Of a stretch of DNA of 64,000 nt, positions 50,013 through 59,959 are shown piece by piece. Position 1 is the stretch's first letter, and every line of letters starts with the position of its first letter. The position numbers were made by a program, and so were the translations under genes. The notes under the pieces are model-generated. The model was not told the origin of the DNA. It searched no databases and was given only the letters and a program-made list of their open reading frames with translations. This DNA comes from Candidatus Woesebacteria bacterium GW2011_GWB1_33_22 (lineage in GTDB: Bacteria; Patescibacteriota; Microgenomatia; UBA8517), in assembly GCA_000989765.1 (NCBI GenBank), contig LBOW01000001.1, forward strand, positions 118,538-182,537, written 5' to 3'.

Positions 50013-50875
50013 AAATAGTTTTTTTAACACGTAGGGCAGCTCCTCAAATTGGAGGGGTGGAAAGTCATATAGAGCAAATAGCTAAATGTCTACGGTCTAC
50101 GGCGAATGAAGTAAAAATAATTTCTGAAGCTGATATTAAATATCCTCACCTAAAGTTTATTGGCCTAATTTACATTTGGTTTTGGTTATTTAAAAACAGA
50201 AAATTAATTCTGGATTCTGACATTGTGCATATCCATGATGTTTTTATTTGGTATTTGCCATTTAAATTTATATATCCCAAGAAAAAAGTATTTTTAACTA
50301 TTCATGGACTTGAGTGGGGGAATCCTTTTAAATATTCAAGTCTTTTGCAAAAAAGAATTGCAGTTAAATTATCCACTAGTTCAATTGGGGTGGGAAAGTT
50401 TTTAGAAAAATATATTGGATGTAAATTCGACAAAATAATTTACGGTGGGCTAGATCGTTCATTAACTACTAATCACCTGCCTGCGCAGGCAGGCAAATCA
50501 CCAAACACCATTCTTTTTGTGGGAAGGTTAGAACCAGATACGGGACTTGGGGAGTTTCTGAAATGGTTACGTTCTAGTAGTCTAGTTCACGGAACTAAGG
50601 TTGATTTTGTTGGTGATGGAAGCCTCAGATCCGAATGTGAGAGATTCGGAATTGTACATGGATTTTGTGATCCTACTCCATTTTATAAAAAAGCAGAAAC
50701 AGTTGTACCGTCAGGATACTTGACTTTTCTTGAAGCAAAAAGTTATGGCTGTAAAATAAAAACTTTTTATAGTTCTCAACTTAAAAAAGAATATTGGGAA
50801 GAAATTTTAAAATTAAAAAATTTTGACACTTGGAATGATATTGCCAATGTTTATTTAAAGTTGTGGAAAAGGTAA
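49997..50875 (+). CDS. glycosyltransferase (GT4-like)
   Basis: MKIVFLTRRAAPQIGGVESHIEQIAK N-terminus; contains the GC-rich palindrome at 50476-50493 in-frame. Confidence 0.55.
   Translation: MSKTMKIVFLTRRAAPQIGGVESHIEQIAKCLRSTANEVKIISEADIKYPHLKFIGLIYIWFWLFKNRKLILDSDIVHIHDVFIWYLPFKFIYPKKKVFLTIHGLEWGNPFKYSSLLQKRIAVKLSTSSIGVGKFLEKYIGCKFDKIIYGGLDRSLTTNHLPAQAGKSPNTILFVGRLEPDTGLGEFLKWLRSSSLVHGTKVDFVGDGSLRSECERFGIVHGFCDPTPFYKKAETVVPSGYLTFLEAKSYGCKIKTFYSSQLKKEYWEEILKLKNFDTWNDIANVYLKLWKR
50476..50493. repeat. GC-rich palindrome copy B (CCTGCCTGCGCAGGCAGG), in-frame in a GT gene
   Basis: perfect 18-bp palindrome flanked by aatca on both sides; encodes PAQAGK. Confidence 0.8.
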
Positions 50876-50924
50876 CTATTTTACTTCTTGACACTTGACT
50901 AAATAGTCGGGTATATTATATATA

Positions 50925-51560
50925 ATGCAACCCATATTAACCAAAAGACAAAAAGATTTGTTACAGATAATTTACTCACATATTAAAAACGAGGGATATC
51001 CTCCCACATTTGAAGAAATGAGAAATTCTTTAAATGTCGCCTCTAACCAATCCGTAATTGATTTACTTAATAAACTTGAAAATAAAAAAGTAATAGTCAG
51101 GAACGAATCTTCAGCACGGGGATTAACAATTTTACCTTTTGGATACGAATTTTTAAACAAGAAACCTTTAACACCATTTTTAGGAGTCTCTCATGCAGGT
51201 TCACCCATAGATACAATTTCAATTCAGGGTGAATGGAAGGAAATATCAAGTGAACTAACGAAACTTGTAGATGAAGTTTTTATTCTTAAGGTTACTGGAG
51301 ATTCTATGATTAATGCTGGAATTTATGATGGCGACAATGTGTTGGTTCAAAAACAGAAAGAATATGCGTCAGGAGATATTGTTCTTGCTGATGTAAATGG
51401 CGAATCGACAATCAAGAGGTTTATGTCCGATGATAAACCTCCATACCTTTATTTGAAACCTGAAAACCCAAGTTACAAAAACATTACTTTTACAAGTAAT
51501 GTCATGCTTAATGGAAAAGTAATTTCTATCATTAAAAATAATCAATTTAGATATTTATAA
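50925..51560 (+). CDS. lexA: LexA-like transcriptional repressor (S24 peptidase)
   Basis: N-terminal winged HTH; C-terminal VTGDSMINAGI (Ser) ... K dyad of the S24 family. Confidence 0.8.
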   Translation: MQPILTKRQKDLLQIIYSHIKNEGYPPTFEEMRNSLNVASNQSVIDLLNKLENKKVIVRNESSARGLTILPFGYEFLNKKPLTPFLGVSHAGSPIDTISIQGEWKEISSELTKLVDEVFILKVTGDSMINAGIYDGDNVLVQKQKEYASGDIVLADVNGESTIKRFMSDDKPPYLYLKPENPSYKNITFTSNVMLNGKVISIIKNNQFRYL

Positions 51561-51565
51561 TTACT

Positions 51566-53515
51566 ATGCCAACTATTAAACCAAATAAAACAATTGAAAT
51601 CATAGATAAAATCTTTAAAGATCCGTCGCTTAAATTTGGCTTAAGGGAGTTTGAAGGATTAAACTTCGAAGATGTTCTTTATATTTCAAAGGGAGATGAT
51701 AATCGATATTTTGTCAAAGACCTAAAATCTGGGAATAATAAATTTGTATTCGACGAATCTACTCAAAATGGAAAACCAGAAGAAATAGTTAGACAACTTT
51801 GGCTTTATAAATTAAATAAGCAATACAAATATTCATTGGAACGAATAGATACAGAAAAAAGTGTTCATTTCGGAAGGGAGATTCATGCAAAAGCAGCAGA
51901 TATTATCATTTACAAAGAAGATAAAATAACACCTTATATTGTTGTTGAAGTAAAAAGCCCAACAGAAGAAAAGGGTATAGATCAACTTAAGAGTTATCTA
52001 AATGCCGAGGGGTGTGAAATAGGCGTTTGGTCAAATGGAATTGATAGGGTAATTCTTTATAGAAATTATCCAAATAGTTTTGAAGATACTCTTTCTGAAA
52101 TACCCGCCTCAGATAAATCGATCGATGATTTATTGTCAGAAAAAAGAACCTTAGCGGATACAAATCCTAAAGTGGATTTAAAAAGAATTATTCAAATTAC
52201 AGAAGAACTGGTTTTAGCTAATGCAGGTGTCGATGTTTTTAATGAAACTTTTAAATTAATTTATGCCAAACTTTATGATGAACAGGAAGCTGAAAACAGA
52301 GAGGATCAAGAAGTATTTTTTAGAAAGTATAAAGATCCACAAAAAACTTTTACTTCAATAAATACTCTTTTTAGAAACGCAATTCGTAGGTGGCCTGGGA
52401 TTTTCTTTGATCAAGAAGTTATAAGACTTACTCCAGAACATTTAAATGTTGTAGTTGGAGAAATGGAAAAAGTACGCCTTTTTGGATCAGATTTATCAAT
52501 TATTGATGAAGCTTTCGAATATCTTATTCCTGAGGTTGCTAAAAGTAAAAAAGGGCAATATTTTACGCCTCGTCATGTTATTAATATGGCTATTAAAATA
52601 CTAAATCCTAAACAAAATGAATATGTTTTGGATCCTGCTGCAGGATCTGGAGGATTTTTAATTTCTACTATGGCTTGGGTTATGGATCAGTACCTGAAAA
52701 ATAATAAATTAAGACAAGAATATGCAAAGGAATATTTGTATGGTATTGATTTTGCAGATGAGACAGCCAAAGTTTCTAGGGCCTTGATGCTTATAGCAGG
52801 AGATGGTCGATCGCATCTATTTAAGTTAAATTCGCTAGATGCCAGAGAATGGCAAGGTGAAGATGAAGACAAACTTCATGCAAGGCTAGAACTTAAGAAA
52901 AGACTTATAAAATACAAAGATTATGCAGAAGAAGAAACCAATCAGAAGACTTTTAAAGACTTTGATTTTGACATAGTTTTGACGAATCCACCTTTTGCAG
53001 GAGAACTCAAAGACCCCGGATTATTAAGGCAGTATGAATTTGGTAAGAAAAATGGAGAATTAGTCAGAAAAATTGAAAGGCATATTCTTTTTATTGAACG
53101 AGATTTGCAGTTTGTAAAGCCTGGAGGCCGCCTAGCTATAGTTCTTCCTCAAGGAGTATTAAATAATACAAATATGCATTATGTTAGAGAATGGTTATTT
53201 GGTAAAGCTAGAATTTTGGCTGTGGTGGGGCTTCATGTAAATACATTCAAACCACATACGGGTACTAAAACTTCTATTCTTTTTCTTCAAAAATGGAATG
53301 AAAATGATGCACCATTAAAAGACTATCCAATTTTTATGGCAGTTTCTAAAAGAAGTGGTAAGGATAATAGTGGTGAGTATATTTATAAAAAAGACACAGA
53401 AGGCAAACCAATTTTTGATTTTAGGGGAAGAAAAGTAATGGATCATGATTTAGATGAAATCGCAGACAATTTTATAAATTTTGCTAAAAAAGAAGGTTTT
53501 GAATTTTGGAAATGA
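51566..53515 (+). CDS. N6-adenine DNA methyltransferase (HsdM/gamma-class) with N-terminal PD-(D/E)xK HsdR_N-like nuclease domain
   Basis: N-terminal AADIIIY...YIVVEVKSP (D...ExK); MTase motif I DPAAGSGGFL and motif IV NPPF. Confidence 0.8.
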   Translation: MPTIKPNKTIEIIDKIFKDPSLKFGLREFEGLNFEDVLYISKGDDNRYFVKDLKSGNNKFVFDESTQNGKPEEIVRQLWLYKLNKQYKYSLERIDTEKSVHFGREIHAKAADIIIYKEDKITPYIVVEVKSPTEEKGIDQLKSYLNAEGCEIGVWSNGIDRVILYRNYPNSFEDTLSEIPASDKSIDDLLSEKRTLADTNPKVDLKRIIQITEELVLANAGVDVFNETFKLIYAKLYDEQEAENREDQEVFFRKYKDPQKTFTSINTLFRNAIRRWPGIFFDQEVIRLTPEHLNVVVGEMEKVRLFGSDLSIIDEAFEYLIPEVAKSKKGQYFTPRHVINMAIKILNPKQNEYVLDPAAGSGGFLISTMAWVMDQYLKNNKLRQEYAKEYLYGIDFADETAKVSRALMLIAGDGRSHLFKLNSLDAREWQGEDEDKLHARLELKKRLIKYKDYAEEETNQKTFKDFDFDIVLTNPPFAGELKDPGLLRQYEFGKKNGELVRKIERHILFIERDLQFVKPGGRLAIVLPQGVLNNTNMHYVREWLFGKARILAVVGLHVNTFKPHTGTKTSILFLQKWNENDAPLKDYPIFMAVSKRSGKDNSGEYIYKKDTEGKPIFDFRGRKVMDHDLDEIADNFINFAKKEGFEFWK

Positions 53516-55221
53516 AAAAGCTCAAAACTTTGGTAGTACAACTCAATCAGGATTATAAGTCTTTTAAAAATGGTTTTAATTACTCCTTCAATGGCGATTT
53601 GATAATTCTTTCAGGCGTAAACGGAAGTGGAAAATCTCAGTTGGTAGATATCGTTTCACAACGAGAAGGCTATGGAAGTAAGAAGCCTATCGCAGCAACA
53701 ATAACCTTAGATGATAAACAAATAACACTCAACGATGTTTTGCGTCGATCGTTTAAAGAAAATGTCAATGTTCCGGAGTTAACACATGCAGGAACAGAGA
53801 CAGTAAGAAGTCATAAGGATCAAGTATGGAATGCGTATAACAGTTATCGTCTGAATTATACCAACGAAAACTTATGGGATTATAAAAAATCATGTGAAAA
53901 GTCCAAAAAGATTTTGATTGAAAAGTTCGGTGAAGAAAAATTTAATTCTGGTCGGATAACACAGACGGATTTGCATGATAAATTGCCGACCGATTTTGTA
54001 TGGAAGTCAGATGATGTTTTTACCAATTTTATTGGTGAACTTTTTTTTAACTATGCGGTTGATGTATATGATGCTGAAGCCGAGGCGGGAAGATCTGGTA
54101 ACAAACTTGATTCCACTTCATTACCTATCCCACCATGGAAACAGTTAAATAGTCTTTTTTTTGACTTAGGGTTTGAATATAGATTTAAGGAGAATTTTTT
54201 TGTAAAAAGTCTTCAGATCAACGAACAACCAAATTTGTATCAAGTAAAAGGTGATGGTACGATTGATGAAAATGAACAGAGAAAGCTTGCTGACCTATCT
54301 GATGGTGAAAAAGCAATTATTTCACTTTCGTTTGCTTCACTATCGGGCGTAAAAGAGAACGACAAGAAAATTTTATTATTAGATGAGTTTGATGCCAATT
54401 TTAATCCATCTTTAACAGAGAGATTTTATAAAATAATTGACAAATATTTTATATCGCAAGGAATTTTAGTAATAGTTGCCACACACTCACCCACAACAAT
54501 TTCTTTAGCTCCAGAAAATGCTAGTTTCTACGAAGCATTTAAGCCAAATACCGGATCATCACGAATTTTGTCAGTGCAAAGGGACGATTATGACGAATTA
54601 AAAATTGCAAACAAGGAGTTTTATTCAAAAATAGCAGACCAGACGAAACGTATTGCTGAATTAGAAAAAGAAAAAACAGAATTAGATATACTTATACAAC
54701 AAACAAAACCTTCTCTATTTGTCGAAGGACCTACTGATGTCCAATATCTAAATAAGGCGTCAGAATTCTACCCCGAATGGAAACAAATTTTGAATAACAT
54801 AAACATAGAAGAGAAACATGGTAGCGAACTACATAAATACAGAAAAAACAAGTCCTACATAAAAGAATTCTTACTCCAACCACTTATATTACTTTTTGAT
54901 TGTGACACCAAGTTAGAAAATATTGATGAACAGCAAGTGTATGTCCGTTGCATACCATTTCTAAAAGAAAATTCTATTAAAAATGGTATAGAAAATCTAC
55001 TACCTGATGATCTGGTTCTTAAAGCCGAAAAATCTATCGGTGAAAAAGTTACAAACAAGTCTATACCTAATGCAGACGAAAAGGACAAACAAGAATGGAG
55101 TGTTATAGGCAGCAAAAAAACAGATCTTGCTGGTTGGATCTGTTCAAATGCGGAAAAAAAGGATTTTGAAAATTTTAAAACAATCTTTGATATTATCCAA
55201 ACAATTATTAAAACAAGATGA
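53506..55221 (+). CDS. OLD-family ABC-type ATPase with C-terminal TOPRIM nuclease domain
   Basis: Walker A GVNGSGKSQ, Walker B ILLLDEFDANFNP, H-loop ATHSPT; C-terminal FVEGPTD (TOPRIM Glu) and LLFDCD (DxD). Confidence 0.7.
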   Translation: MEMKKLKTLVVQLNQDYKSFKNGFNYSFNGDLIILSGVNGSGKSQLVDIVSQREGYGSKKPIAATITLDDKQITLNDVLRRSFKENVNVPELTHAGTETVRSHKDQVWNAYNSYRLNYTNENLWDYKKSCEKSKKILIEKFGEEKFNSGRITQTDLHDKLPTDFVWKSDDVFTNFIGELFFNYAVDVYDAEAEAGRSGNKLDSTSLPIPPWKQLNSLFFDLGFEYRFKENFFVKSLQINEQPNLYQVKGDGTIDENEQRKLADLSDGEKAIISLSFASLSGVKENDKKILLLDEFDANFNPSLTERFYKIIDKYFISQGILVIVATHSPTTISLAPENASFYEAFKPNTGSSRILSVQRDDYDELKIANKEFYSKIADQTKRIAELEKEKTELDILIQQTKPSLFVEGPTDVQYLNKASEFYPEWKQILNNINIEEKHGSELHKYRKNKSYIKEFLLQPLILLFDCDTKLENIDEQQVYVRCIPFLKENSIKNGIENLLPDDLVLKAEKSIGEKVTNKSIPNADEKDKQEWSVIGSKKTDLAGWICSNAEKKDFENFKTIFDIIQTIIKTR

Positions 55222-56606
55222 TAACTTTTTCGATAATCCAAAAATCAGGGCTTGAGGGTGCAGATCGAATTGATGCCGAGTATTACCAACCTGAATATTT
55301 AGAGGCAGAGCGAAAAATAACACACCTTAAAAACGAACCATTAGGAGAAATTTTAGAAATGCTTACGGATTATCATGCCAATGGAAGTTATAGTATATTG
55401 AAAAATTACGGAAAAATTCAAACAGAACCAGATTATGCACTAATGGTAAGAGCAGTTGATCTTCAAAATAGTAACTTTGAGAACGATGTCAGATATGTTA
55501 CTGAAAATTCTTACAACTTTTTGAAGAAAACAAAAATTTATGGCAATGAATTAGTAATAGATAAGATAGGGAATGCGGGAAATGTTTACTTTATGCCAAA
55601 ATTGAATAGGCCTGTAACATTGGGAATGAATCTTTTTATGCTTCGTTTAAAGAAAGATTTTGATTCTAGGTTTGTATATGTTTTTTTAAATTCAAAATAT
55701 GGTAAATTGTCGATTTACAGAAGAGTTACTGGAACAAACCCATCAAGTATAGATAAGGAATCAGTTAGAAGTATAAAAATACCAGCCTTCTCAATCGAAG
55801 ATCAAAATGAGATAGGCCAATTAGTTAACTTATCTTTTGATGAGAAAGAAAATTCTAAAAAAATATATCAGCAAGCAGAGAACTTACTTTTGGAAGAGTT
55901 GGGGCTAAAAGATTTTAAAATTCCTGAAGATTTGAGTTACATTGTTAATTATTCAGATACGGGAAAAGTTGGTAGAGTTGATGCGGATTATTTCCAACCT
56001 AAATATCAAGTAATTTCTGATAAAATAAAAACCAGGAATGCAAAACTTTTAGGAGAATTGGTTACTCTCAAAAAAGGTCTTGAACCCGGAAGTGAAGCAT
56101 ATCAAGAAGAAGGAAAATTGTTCATTCGGGTCAGTAGTTTATCAAAGTATGGAATTGAAGGTAAAGATCAAAAATATTTATCAGACGAACTTTATCAAAA
56201 ATTAAAATTAGATTACGAACCACAACTGGGGGAAATTTTATTAACTAAGGATGCAACTCCCGGAATTTCCTATGTTTTAAAAGAGTTCACTGAAGGGATA
56301 ATTTCAGGCGGAATTTTAAGGCTTAAACTAAAAAGTGATATCGAGCCAGAATATTTATCTCTTTGTATTAGTTCCCTGATAGGACAAATGCAGGCAGAAA
56401 GAGATGCTGGAGGGTCAATTATTGTTCATTGGAAACCAGAACAAATAAAAAATATTTTAATTCCAATTCTATCAAAAGAAACTCAAAGAAAAATTGCGGA
56501 TTTGGTTATAAAATCACATTTAGCGAGAAAAAAGTCAAAAGAATTATTAGATGTAGCAAAACGAAAAGTTGAAGAAATGATAGAAATGAATATAGATAAT
56601 AAATGA
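55218..56606 (+). CDS. hsdS: type I restriction-modification specificity subunit HsdS (two target-recognition domains)
   Basis: duplicated RIDAEYYQPEY / RVDADYFQPKY conserved regions bracketing two TRDs; start overlaps the upstream stop (ATGA). Confidence 0.8.
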   Translation: MITFSIIQKSGLEGADRIDAEYYQPEYLEAERKITHLKNEPLGEILEMLTDYHANGSYSILKNYGKIQTEPDYALMVRAVDLQNSNFENDVRYVTENSYNFLKKTKIYGNELVIDKIGNAGNVYFMPKLNRPVTLGMNLFMLRLKKDFDSRFVYVFLNSKYGKLSIYRRVTGTNPSSIDKESVRSIKIPAFSIEDQNEIGQLVNLSFDEKENSKKIYQQAENLLLEELGLKDFKIPEDLSYIVNYSDTGKVGRVDADYFQPKYQVISDKIKTRNAKLLGELVTLKKGLEPGSEAYQEEGKLFIRVSSLSKYGIEGKDQKYLSDELYQKLKLDYEPQLGEILLTKDATPGISYVLKEFTEGIISGGILRLKLKSDIEPEYLSLCISSLIGQMQAERDAGGSIIVHWKPEQIKNILIPILSKETQRKIADLVIKSHLARKKSKELLDVAKRKVEEMIEMNIDNK

Positions 56607-57487
56607 CTTCAGAAAAAATGAAAGTTTCTGTTTGTGTAACTACAAAAAATGAGAGGGAAGAAACAATTAAAAAGCTTTTTGATGCTTTAAATAATCAAAC
56701 TTTAAAGCCCAATGAAATAATCATAATTGATGCAAAGGATTATGACAACTGCAGTAGATCTATAGGTAGAAACATTGCTATTAAAAAGGCCAAAAATGAA
56801 ATCATTGCTCTAACTGATGTTGGTTGCTTACCTAAAAAAGATTGGTTAGAAAAACTCACAAAACCTTTTCAACAGAAAAATATTGATGTAGTTGCAGGTT
56901 TTTACAACATGACTTACAAAAACAATTTACAAAAAAGCATGAGAAAATTTCTTGGAGTATTACCTTCAAAATTCAATAAGCAGAGCTTGCTACTTCGTAG
57001 TAAAAATTTTTTACCTTCTGCAAGATCAATGGCTTTTACTAAATCAATCTGGAAAAAAGCCGGAGGATTCCCTGAAAAATTAAGCGGAACTGCTGAAGAT
57101 ACGCTTTTTAATGTAAATTTAATTAAAGCAGGAGTAAAATTTGTCACAGCAAAAAATGCAATTGTAGAGTGGGGGATGCCTGAAACAATTTCCAATTTTC
57201 AATTAGCAATTTTCAATTACGCTGAGGGCGACGGACAGGCAGGTATTTGGTGGCATCCTACAAAACGCTTTCAGTCGCACAATATAAAGATAAGCTTGAT
57301 CTACTTGCGTTATCTTTTAGCGTTTATCTTTTTAGCATTTGGTTATTACGGTACTTTAGGTGTCTTTACAGGGATTTATATGCTCTATGCTTTCGGCAAG
57401 GCTGGTCTCTGGGGACTTATTTTGCAACCAGTTTCAGATATTGCTGTTATGGCAGGATTCATTCGAGGTATAATGACTTCTAAATGA
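56603..57487 (+). CDS. glycosyltransferase family 2 with C-terminal TM helices
   Basis: VSVCVTTKNEREETIKKLFDALNNQT...IIIIDA GT-A N-terminus; hydrophobic C-terminus. Confidence 0.7.
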   Translation: MTSEKMKVSVCVTTKNEREETIKKLFDALNNQTLKPNEIIIIDAKDYDNCSRSIGRNIAIKKAKNEIIALTDVGCLPKKDWLEKLTKPFQQKNIDVVAGFYNMTYKNNLQKSMRKFLGVLPSKFNKQSLLLRSKNFLPSARSMAFTKSIWKKAGGFPEKLSGTAEDTLFNVNLIKAGVKFVTAKNAIVEWGMPETISNFQLAIFNYAEGDGQAGIWWHPTKRFQSHNIKISLIYLRYLLAFIFLAFGYYGTLGVFTGIYMLYAFGKAGLWGLILQPVSDIAVMAGFIRGIMTSK

Positions 57488-58692
57488 ATCTTAAATCAAG
57501 CTTACTTTGGACGGGGAGTCTTCGCATTGTTACTCGAGGATTAACAATTATTAAAACCTTAATCCTGGCCCGTATTTTAACTCCAGCACAGTTTGGTATT
57601 TTTGGGATAGCATCACTTGTTTTAGGATTTTTAGAAACAATGACTGAAACAGGTGTTAATGTTATTTTGATTCAAGAAAAAGGTGATATTAAAAACTATA
57701 TAAATACAGGCTGGGTTGTATCAATTGTAAGAGGATTTTTAATATCTTCATTAATTATTTTTATGTCCCCTTTTATAATAACCTTTTTTAATTCGCTAGA
57801 ATCTCTTTATTCACTCCGCTTGATATCTTTAATTCCAATAATCAGAGGATTTATTAATCCAGCAGTAGTTAGTTATCAGAAAAATTTAAAATTTAATAGT
57901 GAATTTAAATTTAGGGGAAGTTTGATTTTATTTGAGGTCGTCACGACCATTTTATTTGGATTGATTATGCGAAGTGAGATTGCATTTGTTTTGGGAATGA
58001 TTACATCTTCTTTCCTTGAAGTTGTGCTTTCCTTTGCAATAATATCTCCCCGTCCCAGATTAGAATTTAATTTTAAGAAACTTAAAATTTTACTGTCCCT
58101 TGGTAAGTGGATTACTTTCGCAAAAATTTTTGATTATTTATTTTCTCACGGTGATGATATTGTGGTTGGAAAGCTTTTGGGAGTATACCCTTTGGGAATT
58201 TACCAACAGGCCTATAAAATATCAACACTTCCAATAACTGAAATTTCAGAAACTTTTCAAAAAGTTACCTTTCCACTTTACTCTAAAATGGTTGCAGAAA
58301 ATGCTTCAATTAAAAAAATATATCTTAAGACTCTTTTAACTACTTCTTTAATAATTATTCCGTTTGGAATTGTTTTGTATCTATTTCCCAAAGAAATAGT
58401 TATTTTAATTTTAGGAAATCAATGGTTATCTGCTGCACCTGTTTTACAGGTTTTAGCAAGCTTTGGTGTTGTTAAAACAATTGCTAATAGTTCATTTCCA
58501 CTTCTTTTGGCTAATAAAAGGCAAGACTTAGTTATGGCACTAACGTTAATTGGAATAATAGGCCTTGGGACAACAATTTATCCCTTGGTTAATATTTATG
58601 GATTAGTTGGTGCTGGAATATCAACAATTATTGGAAGTTTAGTTATGATACCTCCTGCATTTTACTGGGTTAGAAAATTAACAAATGATTAA
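57484..58692 (+). CDS. Wzx-like polysaccharide flippase (MOP superfamily)
   Basis: 12-TM protein with the Polysacc_synt-like N-terminal pattern. Confidence 0.65.
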   Translation: MNLKSSLLWTGSLRIVTRGLTIIKTLILARILTPAQFGIFGIASLVLGFLETMTETGVNVILIQEKGDIKNYINTGWVVSIVRGFLISSLIIFMSPFIITFFNSLESLYSLRLISLIPIIRGFINPAVVSYQKNLKFNSEFKFRGSLILFEVVTTILFGLIMRSEIAFVLGMITSSFLEVVLSFAIISPRPRLEFNFKKLKILLSLGKWITFAKIFDYLFSHGDDIVVGKLLGVYPLGIYQQAYKISTLPITEISETFQKVTFPLYSKMVAENASIKKIYLKTLLTTSLIIIPFGIVLYLFPKEIVILILGNQWLSAAPVLQVLASFGVVKTIANSSFPLLLANKRQDLVMALTLIGIIGLGTTIYPLVNIYGLVGAGISTIIGSLVMIPPAFYWVRKLTND

Positions 58693-59959
58693 TTTTTTAT
58701 TTATTTTAGTAGGAATATTTTTAAGGCAATTTAATATAAATAACGACTATTACTTTACTGGTGAACTTGGCAAAGAACTTATTTTTACTAAACATTTAAT
58801 TGATAACAATATATTTCCAGTAATAGGGATGACTACTTCACATGAGTGGCTAAGTTATGGCCCAATTTATTATTGGATATTAATTCCTTTAACTAAAATA
58901 TTTTCATTTAACCCCTTAGTTTTATTTTGGTTGGCATTTGCAGTTTCAATTATGGGCTTAGTAGTTAACTATAAAGTTATTAAAGAAATAGCAAATCAAA
59001 AAATTGCTATATATTCAACAGTTTTAATTAGTTTATCGCCTTTATTCATATGGCAAACAAGGCTTTCAAAACTTCATGTGTTTTTCTTTATATTAACTCC
59101 TATCTTAATATATTTATTACACAAATTATGGCAAGCTAACTGTAAATATATTTTTTGGACAGGCCTAGTATTTGGTATATTTTTTAGTTTTCATTTTAGT
59201 CAAATTCCACTTATTTTTGTGATTCTAACTATAATGCTAATTAAAAAATATGATTTTTTAAGTTATCTAAAACTATTAATTGGAATTATTATTCCAAATT
59301 TAGGAATAATTTTAAAAGACATAAAAATTTTTCTCTGGTTACCTTATAGAAGTCTTGGTTTATCAAGTGAATCTTCAGGGCAAACGCTAGATTATTTTAA
59401 CAAATTTTTTGGAATGCAATTTTTTTGGGATCAGAAGTTTTGGTTTTTGGGAAGTATATTTTCGATTGGAATCCTAATATTTTATTATAAAAAATACATA
59501 AAATCTGTTAATAATAACTTTTTTAATTTTTATTTAATATTTTCTAGCCTAGTTGTTTTTGGAGGTTTAATATTACATAAAAATCCGCCAATTCACTACT
59601 TTCTTCCAATATTTCCTAATGTCTTTTACATGCTGTCGATTTTGATGGATAAGTATTTTAGCAATAAACAAGTCATATTTATCTTTTTAGTATTTTCAAT
59701 TATTAACATTTGGCGTTATGAAATGCCGACAGATATTGATTATGTGTCTTATAAAAAACAATTAGAAATTTCACAAAAAATTGTTGAAGAAAATAAAGGT
59801 AATTCCATCAAAATAAAAAGAGTTGGACCTTATGATTATTTTCCTGAAAATTATTCCCAAAACTATAAATTCTTAATTTGGTATTTAGGTGGTAAAATCG
59901 ATGACAATTCTGATAATGTAGTTATTATTGATGACAATGAAAATATTAACACTAAATAA
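58685..59959 (+). CDS. polytopic membrane protein (GT-C/polymerase-like)
   Basis: 10 or more TM helices; C-terminal soluble tail. Confidence 0.4.
   Translation: MINFLFILVGIFLRQFNINNDYYFTGELGKELIFTKHLIDNNIFPVIGMTTSHEWLSYGPIYYWILIPLTKIFSFNPLVLFWLAFAVSIMGLVVNYKVIKEIANQKIAIYSTVLISLSPLFIWQTRLSKLHVFFFILTPILIYLLHKLWQANCKYIFWTGLVFGIFFSFHFSQIPLIFVILTIMLIKKYDFLSYLKLLIGIIIPNLGIILKDIKIFLWLPYRSLGLSSESSGQTLDYFNKFFGMQFFWDQKFWFLGSIFSIGILIFYYKKYIKSVNNNFFNFYLIFSSLVVFGGLILHKNPPIHYFLPIFPNVFYMLSILMDKYFSNKQVIFIFLVFSIINIWRYEMPTDIDYVSYKKQLEISQKIVEENKGNSIKIKRVGPYDYFPENYSQNYKFLIWYLGGKIDDNSDNVVIIDDNENINTK

Noticed and set aside
50876-50925. LexA/SOS box upstream of lexA
   Set aside because: Promoter-like hexamers are visible, but no CGAAC-N4-GTTCG or CTGT-N8-ACAG type palindrome could be identified by eye.
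57247-57483. 78-aa ORF overlapping the end of the GT2 gene
   Set aside because: It is an out-of-frame overlap within the hydrophobic C-terminus of the GT2 gene with no independent signal; likely spurious.
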